From contig NMRA01000009.1 of assembly GCA_002633005.1 (NCBI GenBank), positions 1,929,366-1,993,365 on the forward strand: a stretch of DNA of 64,000 bases, read 5' to 3'. Made by a program: the position numbers and the translations under genes. The notes beneath the pieces are model-generated. The model saw only the letters and a program-made list of their open reading frames with translations, did no database searches and had not been told where the DNA came from. Position 1 is the stretch's first letter, and every line of letters begins with the position of its first letter. This document shows positions 50,303 through 62,132 of the stretch, one piece after another. The DNA is from Phoronis australis (taxonomy: Eukaryota > Animalia > Phoronida).

Positions 50303-51776
50303 GGCATTCCAGGGCAAGAGCTCTATGCTCTTTTAAATGAACATTTCAATCGGCGTGTCATGTTAGTGTCTAGTTATGTGTTAACCTTTCTTGAATTGTC
50401 GATAATGTTGGTTTAAAATGACCAGAATATTAAGGGAAAAATGTCAAGTGTATTTTGTTACGAGCTTAGTTGAAAGCTGTCTTATCATCTCAGAATCATA
50501 ACATAAGCAACAGTAACTGTGTGACCCTGTTTCGCGCAGTTAAAAATGTAAGACGCACAGTTACAACTTGTGAGATGTGCCGTCACGCGGTAGCACAGCC
50601 TGGGAAGACATTACCAGAAATAGACACAATCCAATTATTATCGCTAAAAACACTGACATGGTTCATGGGCCTACCGCTGAACAACTTCTGTATTAATGCA
50701 ATTTTTATCAATGCAGTTTCTGAAAGTCGCTGTACTGTCAACTGCCAAAGGACTACTGGCTACACGTGATTCTTTGAGTTAGAACCGTTGGTAACTTATC
50801 CGATTAAAATATCGAATGACAATGACATCTCCGTGGTGCCCCTTACTATTCGGATAACACCTCATAAATTCTTATGAAAACCCTGGACATGTTGATTCAA
50901 GTAGTACAGACAGCTGCATTTCACCACGTGAGGGTTCGCTTATAATATCCTCATGAAAATCGAGGTAATCCTAGACAGAAACAAATAGTGGGTAACTGAA
51001 AAGAAATCCGTATCAGGGGCTCGAGACAAGCAGTCTAACCACGACTTCATGGTTTTGTATTTTTCCGACACTCAGTACCGAAATATGGCGATGCAAAAGG
51101 AAAAGCATACCATTATCAAATTTAATAGATTTAATTTTTGTTCCCGTTTAGTCACCCACATGAAAAGGAATGGAGCTTGCATGTATCAACCCAGGTGATC
51201 TAATTAAGTTGTCAATAATTTAGAATATTACCGTTATGTGGTATGCTAATTGCTATCTCTTCAATTCATAACCAGCAATTATAAGTAAACCGCTTTCACC
51301 TTTAGAAGTAAGGGTTTGTTCGCAAAATTCATAGCTCACGCAACGTATAATGACATTATTCATATGTAAGCTCTCAGATAACATCACGCACATAGTATTA
51401 TGATTCACACCAAAAAGACAAATGCTCGACTCGCAGATCATTTATGCTTGGATCCACAATGTCAATTCCATATTTCCTTTTCAGGTTCATTTTTAGTTTA
51501 TCTACGCATGCGCATCGATCGCTATGGGAATTGCTTTTGTGTGCGTTTTCTTCAAGATATTGTTGAAACATCACTTCTGTAAAATTTGTTGGAAAAGGTT
51601 TTAAGCGCGGCTGACGGTTTCATTTTACCGCCCAGCACTGCCATCTGTATGCATTATTAATGGACGCGGCTCCCCTATGTTATGAAATAAAGGAGTGGGG
51701 AGAACGCGCGATTATTTAATGCACTTCGAAGTCCACAACAGCTTGGTTCAAGTCACTGTTTGCAAAATTGATCTCT

Positions 51777-52043
51777 ATGGACAACATATTAGATCTCAGG
51801 CACTTCTCGCTGCCGCGAATTCAAAACCGTTTGATTATATCTGGAGTACAGAGAGCTGTAGCAGGTGACGACCGGGCAAGTTTCATCGCATCACTGAAAC
51901 ACTGCTACCAGGCGCGTGTTCGTCTATTTGATTACAACTTCTGGATATCTACTATAGCGAAAGACAGCGTGGATGGTGTGGAGGAAATCTTCAAAGATTT
52001 GACGGATGAAGAACGGTTTTACTTGATGAATGGAGAACTGGAG
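51777..52043 (+). CDS. TRPV-like channel, coding exon A (89 codons; true start may lie in an upstream exon)
   Basis: ATG at 51777, open to the donor gag|gttagt (phase 0). Homologous to pseudo-exon 33025-33280. The frame stays open back to 51720, so the start codon is uncertain. Confidence 0.75.
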
Positions 52044-53469
52044 GTTAGTGAAGTAGTATATATTAAGATTGTGGTCACATTCGCGTCTCAAATCTTTTCA
52101 TAATTCAGGTAATGTAGGATCCCAGGAAAATGTCCAAATTTGGCTCACTTTGGAACATTATAGTTCGGAAATATCGGATTCATACGGGACTTTCAGATAT
52201 TACTTTATGCACTGGTCTGCAATATGCTTTAGGAATTGTTTTGAAACTGCTTCACTTTTGCATTTTTGTCTATCCTAAAATACGACTTTTATGAACTTCA
52301 TGCAAAAATAAATCAACAATCCTATGAAAAGAAAACGAAACGACATGTTGTCGTGTAACTCTGTTCAACTTTGCGCACTTCATCCATGCTCTGTTGTTGC
52401 TGATTGGATCCCACATCGGGGAATAGTTGGACAACAAATTAGGGGCATTTCAAAGTTGACATGTTACAGATACAGAAAACCGAATACGTATTCGTTAACG
52501 ATAACCCCGACTTGCGCACACGTTTAGCTAACCTGTGAAGGTGTACCAGCATTTTATCTGTGGTAAAAACACAGTAATCTCAATTCAGTATTAGCTCCTG
52601 TGCTTGGGGAGAAGATATGTGCCTGCAAGTAGTATCTTGGGTTGAATGCGGGCGTCATTTTTGCGTCTGTTACATTTATAATTCTTTACACAGCTGACTC
52701 AAATTTGCACCAAGGCCGTCAAATCAAACGTTGTAGATAAATAGCGTATGATTAAATCAATTCATAGACAAATAATAGGCCTAGTTTTAGAAATAGACAG
52801 ACTAAAAAGATTCAGTGTCGTAAACGTAAGTGTACAGAGTACCTGCATGCTGGAGACCGACATTTTTAGTGACTCCTGGTGTTGCGTTACCCTCTGACAC
52901 AGTGCTACCTATACTGAAAAGGGGCTCTATGGAAACAAGATGAACGACATACGGAATTCCGTGTGTGGACATCAATGCGCATGCTTGGTAGGAAGTACAG
53001 GTTGTATACCGATCACATCGCCACCACTTGCACACGCCTTTATGTACTGTACTTGTTTAGAGTTAAGCCACTGGATCAGGGTTTCCTTGATTTTGTTTAT
53101 TTAGATCACTGCCCGTTTTAAGAAAATGCAACTATGCAAGTCAACTGTGATCGCTATACTCGGTAACTGTAAACTGAAAACGGTTTCCTTGATGTCAACC
53201 AATAGGAATGACTGAATGTTATGACGTCGGTTTCAGTAGTTAAGCAAATGAGAAGCAATGTTAACAACATCGACAGTGCTACCTTTCGTACCACTGTGAA
53301 AGAGTATAGACGCTGTTTTTGATTCAGTGAATTTCTAAAAACTCAAAATTCTCAAAGCAATTGTATACATTTCAAATCACTGTCAGAAGTTGACTGTGGG
53401 TTTAGTTTAAAAGATAGCAATGCTTTGTGATTGTGCGTGGATGTAGAGAAAATGATAAACCCAACGATT

Positions 53470-53655
53470 AATTTCTTATACATTCGCAATAGCATATCTA
53501 AATATTAGGATAATTATATTAGATACTACTTAAATGTATATACCTCTATGTGCATTAGCTTTTTTATGAATTGTTTACAACCCAGATATAATGCTTTGCG
53601 ATTTCTGGGTTTGTCATCATTTCTTTGCATGTCTTGTGTATTCTTAAATAAATAT
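53470..53655 (+). mobile_element. LINE 3'UTR fragment, same family as 1-762
   Basis: Matches ~590-760 ('atactacttaaatgtata', 'cccagatataatgc', 'gtgtattctt.aataaat'). Confidence 0.7.
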
Positions 53656-54469
53656 ATATCACTTTAAAAATTAATTTCTTACATAACAACCACTAATTAA
53701 TACAAGTGAAACCTGTTGTTGATTAAGTACACCAATAATGAAGAAGAGTAGCGCCCTCTGTAGGGATAACTTCAATCAATTAACCATAAACAATCAAACA
53801 TCTTATCTGCTATCTATTATGTAGGACTCGACACTTTTCAGTGGATGACAGTCATGTTGGTTGATCCTCGTACTAACACACACTGTACTGTGTGTCACAA
53901 TGAACATGCTTGTAACAGTCCTTCGTGACTCAACACAATTTTGTAATATCGCTGTACCCGCGATACACTACGCTGGCCACAGTCCTTGAGACACGTGAGG
54001 CAGTTTTTTACTCTACCCACAATCCCTCTTGTTGGTGACAGTTCCTCGTGACACAAAACGTGTAGGCAGTCAGGCCATAGTCCCAGCTCTCGGGAACTTT
54101 GGATCAAATCCTTCTCTCGATATTCAAAAGTCATTACAGTGTTAAAATGCTCAAAAGCTTAACATGTGTTGTTTGATGACATTTGTGCAGTGGTGATAGT
54201 GATGCTCATTTTTCTTAAGGTTTACTTTTACCGAGAAGTGCGACAAAATAAATTTACCCAGTCTGATCAGAAAATTCCAAAGCAGTTCAAGAAGATTTAG
54301 TCTTGTGCCAAAACCAAGGAGGTCCTTCTTGACTTTTTAATGAACAATGAGCAAGTGCCAATGTTGAGACAATTCCGTACAAATAAATATCTATATCAAA
54401 ATTTATATTTATATCTATACCCCTGCTTCTGCCTCTCCCTCTCTTCCTCTCTCCCTCTCCCCTGTCCTA

Positions 54470-54665
54470 TAGGAAATACAATTAGATTTTGGCCCAATAT
54501 CTTATAGGATATCCTGTAGGATCTTAAAGAGCTTCATATAGGAAATCTTATAGGATTCTCATAGGAACTGCTAGAGGATCCAATAAGAAATTCAATAGGA
54601 ATTCCTATAGGAAATACTATAGGCTCCTATAGAAATCGCTATTGGAAATCCTATTGGAAATTTCC
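54470..54665. repeat. Degenerate ~12-bp tandem repeat (ATAGGAAATCCT-like)
   Basis: Recurrent 'ataggaa/tcctat' units. A similar degenerate array lies at ~47740-47870. Confidence 0.65.
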
Positions 54666-54669
54666 GTAA

Positions 54670-55577
54670 GAGGGGAGGGGTGGCTGTTGGAATACGGTAA
54701 TCTGAAATTTCATTGGATGACTCTGCCATTAACCCCAGATCAAAGTATTGAAAAATGTGAACTGCAAATGTAAACGGAAAAAAGTGAGTGATGCAGAAAC
54801 ATGCTTTTGTTTGAGGTCAGGTATGCCATGTTCCAAGCTGGGTGACTGCTGAGAATGATTAACACGGTGTCTCAAAAGGTTTTTGCTGACAATGATGATG
54901 ATGGCCACTTGATAAGTATGTGCTGTGTTATTAAAGATTTTAAAAATTGTAATAATATGGAAAATATTGACAACATTGTCCTGCTCATTGTGTGTTCAGT
55001 GTGACTTTCAGAACTGTATTCAGTGCCTCCCCCGCACTAGTCTCAGTTGACAATGAACAACAATGTGGATAATGACAATTATGACAGTATTATAATGAAA
55101 GTGATGATGGTTAATTCAGTGAAGAAGCATTGGAAATGTAAAGTTATCTATATTTCTATTTATATATCAAATCTTCATCAAGTTCCAAATAGTTAAAAAT
55201 ATTGTTCTTTTGATATATGAGCTCAGTAGGCAATAGTATGTTTTTTGGCCAACAGGAGGCGTTGCTAAAATATTTAAATTTTTTAACACCATTTAAATTA
55301 AATTTAATAATAATTATCACTTGTTTTGTCTAGTAGCTTCATATTAACAAAAACAAATCAAATTATCTCAGTGTTGTTGGTTTTTAAATAATTGTTTTCT
55401 GTGCCAAATTTTTCAAAATGTCAAATTTTTAAGGTCAAATTTCTAGAAAACGTCCAATCCAAACCTTGGAAACTGTTAAGATTCTTAAAGTATATTACTG
55501 AAACCACCAAAATCATATTGCCCTCCAAACGTAGCCACGGAAGTTATTTTCTAGGCCTCCTAGAGTTGAATGGACTA
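54670..55577 (+). mobile_element. Academ-like DNA transposon 3' end with Cys-rich (CXC-like) coding relic
   Basis: HWMTLPLTP..VLKNVNCKCK...CFCLRSGMPCSKLGDC followed by an acidic tail. The terminus ends '...agagttgaatggacta' (reverse complement starts TAG, as in Academ TIRs). Confidence 0.5.
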
Positions 55578-58500
55578 TGGCTTACGTGTCTTACTACGCG
55601 CAATGAAAGTGGCGAGCCGTTAGTTAACTTCATATTCGTTAACCATTGCCCTTGCCCTTTAAAATCTTTCACGAGATGAACCACATGATGTTATCTCATC
55701 ATATCGGGCTGTTACAATCTGACCTCAAAAAGATCTAAAACCATTATGGTACATTGACTCTAGAACAAAAGAGGTAAACATCCTTATAAGTACATGTAAG
55801 CATCAAAAGTACCGGGTATGTGTAAACAAGCTTGACCCCATGGTTTTAAAACTCATAGGCACAAATCATGAAACTTCAGTAGCGCTAACTTCACTAATTA
55901 CATAATCAATATTGATTCTGATAATCACTCACAAATATAAAGTTTGAAGAATTAGAACATTGCACTTGACTTAAAACTTTTCCTAAAATATGTAAACAGT
56001 ATCTAAGCTGTTAAATGAAAACCTTTTTGAGCAGTCGGTATCCTGCAGCAGACGACTGCGGACACGTCAGAGCTACACAAGGGGTGATGACGTATGCTTC
56101 CACCTTGCGTAAGCAGCTAGGCATCTGCGAAAATCTTAATGTTATGCTAATTTCGTTCATTAGCTATACACTCATTTTAGCTCAGTCACATGTGCGTATG
56201 TGCATTCGTTTAAAAATCCACTCGTGCAGTGTTAAGAACAGTTCTATATAAAAACTAGATGATGGGCTATGTATGCAAAAGCGCCATTTTTTAAGCTTAG
56301 CGCACCAGCTGGCCTTGACAAAACAAACATGAGCCTGGTTTTGAGGAGTTTCGGTGTTTGTTGTAAACTGTTTTACAAACACTGTGTATTATTTCTGAAA
56401 AATAGCAAATAAAAGTACTGGGAAGAAGGTGAATTTCTGTTAGCAACAACATATCATCGCTTCACACTATAGCAAAAATAACCATGTAACAAGAAAGATT
56501 AAAAATAAAATACAAGAAAAACTAGTTTGAATGGAGTTATTAATTTGTTATGTTCTCCCACGTTAGCCTACAAAAATGTTATTTTTATTTCGGTCCATAT
56601 CAACATCACCTCGTATACAGTCGATCTTACCTCGCCAAAAGGTGTCGCGTTATCTTGTGAGGAAGGTGAGTACACGACGCATTGACGTCAGTGGTTCGTG
56701 TGCCGCTATGGTGTAACGTATCTTTGCCGCTTATGTGAACCATGAAGTTGTGAGCAAAGCGGGTATATGGTTTTTTCATCTTCCTCGAGAACTCGAAATG
56801 CTTCTGAAGTTGAAAGTATGAAAAGTATGCCTTTAATACCAATTATGAGGCCGTCATGTTATCTCCGTGTCTGTGGCCGGCATTGTTCTATTTCAAAATT
56901 AATTATTTTCACCCACACCAATTTTTATATAAAACTAAAACAAAGTGTCAAAGTCTGTCTCAATAGATACAATTTGTAATGCCTTAGGATTGTTCGTGAG
57001 TGCAAATGTTTTGAAAAATTAACTATGAATAAATTATACTGTGTTACCGGCTTCAGATGCAATGAAACTAATTGAAGCGCATGCATATATATATTAGCAA
57101 ACATAGCACCAAAATATATTTCTAAAGTTGAATTGTGGCTCGGTTCATGGTGGTTTCAATTCACACATGCCCATACACCCATGGGTCAGTACTGGTGCCT
57201 GCGCGAATAACTTATATACCAATGGTTAGTGCTGTTTGGCCTTTTAAAACTAACTACATGTATGAGCATGGGTTTCGCAATACCAAAAGACATAATGAGA
57301 TTGCAACATGTGAGGCATGAACCGATAGATAAACAAGTACATTAGCGAATCACAGACTCTTGGTCCTTTGCATAATTTAACGTGCGTAAAGCCTTGACAG
57401 CACACACCTACCAGGTTACACTTAGGTTGAGTATATAACTCAGAAGTATACGCGTTGTATGCTCAGTGTTTACCATGAGATTTTCCCGCTCATTGGTGTC
57501 ACAATCGATTGTATGCCTTTATGATTGAAAACTATAAAAGCTCACGCAATCTCGTGTTCCTTACCACAAATTTATAAAACAAAGTCAGGGCCATCCGTTA
57601 TGGCTGCTTAAACAGAAGTACATATGACTAAATGGTGAAACTTACACGAGCTTTTGAGAAGCCACCTAATGTTTACTGACATCCTTTTGAAAGCGGAGTA
57701 AATGGACTAATTTCGTTACACTATGCTAGTTATATGTTTTAACGGCCTCAAAGCTATGTACATATAGGACCATTTCGACAATTCTTTATAATCAGCCAAA
57801 TATCTACAAAACTGTAAATTTTAACTCAGAAAAATAAATATATTTTGAAAGTAAGAGACATGTAGGGGATTCCAAAATTGTATTTCTTGTAAATGGAGTT
57901 CGAAGTCGATCTTTGACACCAATAAATGCACCAGTAAGAGGGCATAACACATTTGATTGTCTTTAATTTATTGCTAAAAAGGTAAATACATTTTAAGGAA
58001 GGATCATAGTTCAAGTTCATTGTTCAAGGATCAATAATGTACGCTAAGTTTTCAACCTTCCACTTGCTTAATTATTACGTTTACATCCATATTTGCCAAC
58101 AATGAAGAAGCTAAATTGGTCAGACAACCTCAAGTAATATTTTGGATAGCACTTTTAAAAAAGATTTTACTGAACTAACACAAAAACGAATTTTTACATT
58201 TTAGGAACACGGATTAAAATTTCCGGGAGAACAGTGCAAGAACACTGGGGTGTGCGAAATTCTTGTTGCCTGATTAAATATCATGATTCATTTTGATCTA
58301 TCACATGCACAAATTCGGTTCAATTGTATTGAAACCGTCTCATTCACTGAACTTGGACTCGGCAACTAGAGGCTAGCATCTATCTGGACATTCAGCTCTT
58401 GAAGGAACGATGAAACGTATTCATTTATTTCTCAATGGCGATGTCCATAAAGTTAAAGTTTTCTTTGTATTATGTGTTTTGATGATAATAAGTTTTGTTT

Positions 58501-59404
58501 TCCACATAACAAAGTGCGTGAACAGTGAAGCCAAAATATACTGAAATGGCAACGTCGTCTTTTTCATTGGTAAAGTTGCATACGCTGTTCCACGAACGGA
58601 CATGCGACCAGCTACGACTTTCTCAAAACCTCCACGATGAAATAAATTAAGATAGCCCAAAAGAAATTGCAATCCTGTTGTTCAATGATACATGTATCAC
58701 GCGCTTTTTTGATTTAACGTACCCATTGGAGAAAACCACGTCAATCCTGTTTTGTGAGAATCCAGACGTACGTGCTAAAACGGTTGTACTGAACCTACAT
58801 GTACCTGTAGGACTCGTGTAATTGCGACATGAAACTATAAAGCGCACCGAAGGCAATGGTCACAAACTTGTGTCTTGTTCAGTGGAGTGTAGTTAAGTCT
58901 TGTTCATAGCTTTTTGTACATTTCATTTTTATGGAACTAGTGTAAACCTCTTTTTAAGGCAATAATGATCACAATTTTTAATAACTCTAAAAAGCTACAA
59001 TTATGAGTGATACAAATTTATCACAAACGTGAAACAATTTTTGCAAAATTTTCAAATTTAGAAATCTGGCTTGAAAAGCGCTTTTTGCTCAACTTTTCCT
59101 CACATAGGCCGATTAAACTGACAACTATTGGGGTTTGCCAGCCCACCCGAAAACCTAAAAAGTTACGCCTCTGACTGGTCGCGAAAAAGTTTACTCATAT
59201 GAATGCTTCTGTTATGGGAGGTACCCCTCGGGATACAAACGGACTTTAGAAATGTATGTTACGTTCTTAACACGCTGTCTTTGAAGACACAGAAATGCAC
59301 AAAATGAAAAGCATGCAAATCGACAGTGTCTTGACGTTTATACACAGATATACGGGTACATGATAACTTAAATGTGCTCTGATACACGAACTCTTTTCTT
59401 GCAG

Positions 59405-59603
59405 ATCAAAGATGGAGCATTTTTCGAAAATTTACCCAATATGAAGAATAGGCTGGCGATGTTTCCTTGGGAGAGAAAGCGTTTGAAGAAGTTGTTCCCA
59501 GTGGGCCTGTCGAGATCTCTTCTCATTGCAATTTTTACCAGATCGATAAATGTAGTCGAATGCTTAATACAAAGCGGTGCTAATTCCTTCATGAGGGACA
59601 AAG
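59405..59603 (+). CDS. TRPV-like channel, coding exon B (ankyrin-like repeat)
   Basis: tttcttgcag|atc ... gac aaa g|gtaagt; phase 0 in, phase 1 out. SLLIAIFTRSINVVECLIQSGANSFMRDK is ankyrin-like. Confidence 0.9.
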
Positions 59604-60675
59604 GTAAGTACTGTGAAAATGGTTTAACGAGTTTGCAAGCACATTTATTTCATATCAAGTCAATTATTACTTACCGACACATTGCTTAGGTCCATATCAG
59701 ATGAGGCCAAAAAGCATGCTTCTGGTCTTTTTTTGAAGAGCAAGTCGGTGATGTGGCATTTGCATTAGTTGCTATTTTTTAAGAAAGAGGAAATCCACCG
59801 AGACGAGCAAACTGGTGGTAATTTTTTGTGCACCTTTAACCAGTTTCAGATTGGAGGGGGGCGGGTGCAATTATGTCAGTGTTCAAAAAAGAACAGCTTT
59901 GTCCTTTCGGGCGTTTCGAGTTTCCGAACCCATGGGAGCAGAATTTCCGACTTGAACAAATTGCCACTGCGCCCAAGTGCGTTTTGCCATTAGGGCTACA
60001 CGAGCTTCGAAGGTCTGCACAAGATACAAGAATTTGAGGATACAATAATCAATAATTTGTGCATCCCTGGAAACCACACATTGAAGAAACGAAGTTTTAT
60101 TGTTCGAAAATTTGCATAACTGCCACAATTTGAGGTTGGCAACAGTTTATGTACTATTTGTCTCCCATAGTTTAATTAATCTATCATACTTCTTAATGAA
60201 ATGTCATCACCTTTCATTTGAAACAGAATAAAACCTTAATTCATCACTTTGTTAATATAAACATCAAAACAGTGCCGGTTTTTGTAAGTAAAAGACGTTT
60301 TATGTTATACCACTTGGTGGAGGTGTGATTTTAAAACCTTTTTTCTGCTGTTTGACCCATTTTGCTCATTTTATTTAATGTAACCAGTTGTGCTAAATGT
60401 GTCTGTTCAAATACGCGGGGCAATGTTTTCGATGAATAATTACGCATACGTGCAACTTCAAACGTGGTAACTATTTACATTTGAAAAGTATACCTACGAA
60501 TGAAACAGAAGACGTCGAACTGAAATTGCCACGTTTAAGTATTTACGAAAATTTTTTTAAGCTCATACGGTTCAGGGACAACTCATAATATTGATAATGC
60601 GTGCAACTGATATACATTTTTGTGTAACTGTTGCTCACTCCGTGGTTAGTGTTCTTTTAAATCCATTTTTTCTAG

Positions 60676-62132
60676 GGGGAAATAACGTACTCCACACATG
60701 TGTACTGTCAGCTGCCGTATTTCCGGAACACGAGGAATCCTATCGCACCATTTATAAACTGCTATGCCAACTGGTTCCACAAGATATACCAGAGCTTTTA
60801 ATGTCTGAAAACGAAAACCGGCTTCGACCATTAGAACTGTCTGCCAAGGCAGTCACATTGGGCGTATTTGAAGATATTTTGAACACAGAGAATGTCTACA
60901 AGTTCACAAAAGAGCAGCAAGGTTTAAATGTGACCACTTGGTATGACGTTACTGATTACTTTGGGTTTGGTTCCAAAAATCGAATGCGCACATCGCCTCT
61001 TGAAATGCTTCGTCGTCTGACTTATGACCAACTGAAAAATTCTTCGGTTTCTACTGTACTTCGCTCTCCTCCATTCTCGACTTGGATTCGAGCAAAGATT
61101 TCACAACTATTTGGCTTGTTCATATTTTGGATACTTGCCAGGTCATTATACATGGCCCTTTTTATGTCTTTGGTGTGGGATTTTTTCTTAGAATCCTTTT
61201 CGGGACATTCGGCCAGTAATATGCAACGAATGGATAAAAATTCTTCAAATTGCTCCGTAGATATGCAGCGTTTTGGATATTTTCTTGGTCGCCACGGAAT
61301 ATTTATATTGGCAACTACAGCAGTGGGTTTGCGTTTTATCGTGTTCATGTATTCATTAATAATGGATCATTTTTCATGCACAACATTTACGGAGGTGGTT
61401 TCTAACGACTCTTGTCATTCTGGTGTGAGGGTAACTGACGACACATTTTACACAGTGATAGATTTTTTACACGTTGTGTCTGGAACGATCTGCGTAATCA
61501 TTGTTCAAGTTGACTACGTGCATGGTATGAACAGATTTATGTTGGTATCGTATCTTGCACTTGCGACAGCTGCCATTACAAACACGTGGTCAATTATGTA
61601 TTTCCTGAGGACCATTCCAGTGATCGGCAGCTTCATTATCATATTTCAAGAAATGTTCAGAACCATGATTAACTTCATTTTGGTTTTTGTTCTGATATAC
61701 ATCTCTTTTGCCTTTTCATTTTACTTAATACTTGGCTCGCGCTGTATAGATACGAACTTCCGTTCCCTTGCAGACAGCATGTACTCAACTTTTCTTCTGA
61801 TGCTCAATATGGTTAACGTTACTGAGAACTTAAATATCCAGTCGCCAGAGATCGCTGTTGTTGTCATCATGCACATCAGTTATACTCTTATTGTAACAAC
61901 CATGTTGTTGAACTTTTTAATTGCAGTAATGTCAAATGTTGTCTCAGAAATATCCTCAAACGGAGAGCTCGCAATCTTGCTTAATAGGTTGTCAGTTTTA
62001 CAGTCGCTAGACAGGCTTCAAATCTCACGACTACTAGGCCTACTCCGGAGAGACAGAATGCCAGGTCTGGTAAGGGAAAACAACAGACTTTATATCAGTT
62101 GTTCGTTCCTTGTTAGTGAAATTCAAAAATGA
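60676..62132 (+). CDS. TRPV-like cation channel, terminal coding exon C (last ankyrin repeats, linker, S1-S6, pore, TRP helix)
   Basis: Acceptor ttttttctag|gg completes a Gly with exon B (DKGGNNVLH, cf. TRPV QDSLGNTVLH). Also LRPLELSAK, WYDVTDY, SPLEML, WSIMYFLR..IGSFII.FQEM, YSTFLLMLNMVN, MLLNFLIAVMSN. Joined CDS 267+199+1457=1923 nt = 640 aa + stop. Confidence 0.93.

Noticed and set aside
52801-53010. Possible extra TRP exon in intron 1
   Set aside because: The plus frames I checked contain stops, there is no counterpart in the pseudogene, and exons A and B already join in phase.
60591-60675. N-terminal 28 codons of the 513-aa ORF
   Set aside because: Intronic read-through from a TTG start. 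A canonical acceptor at 60675 joins in frame to exon B.
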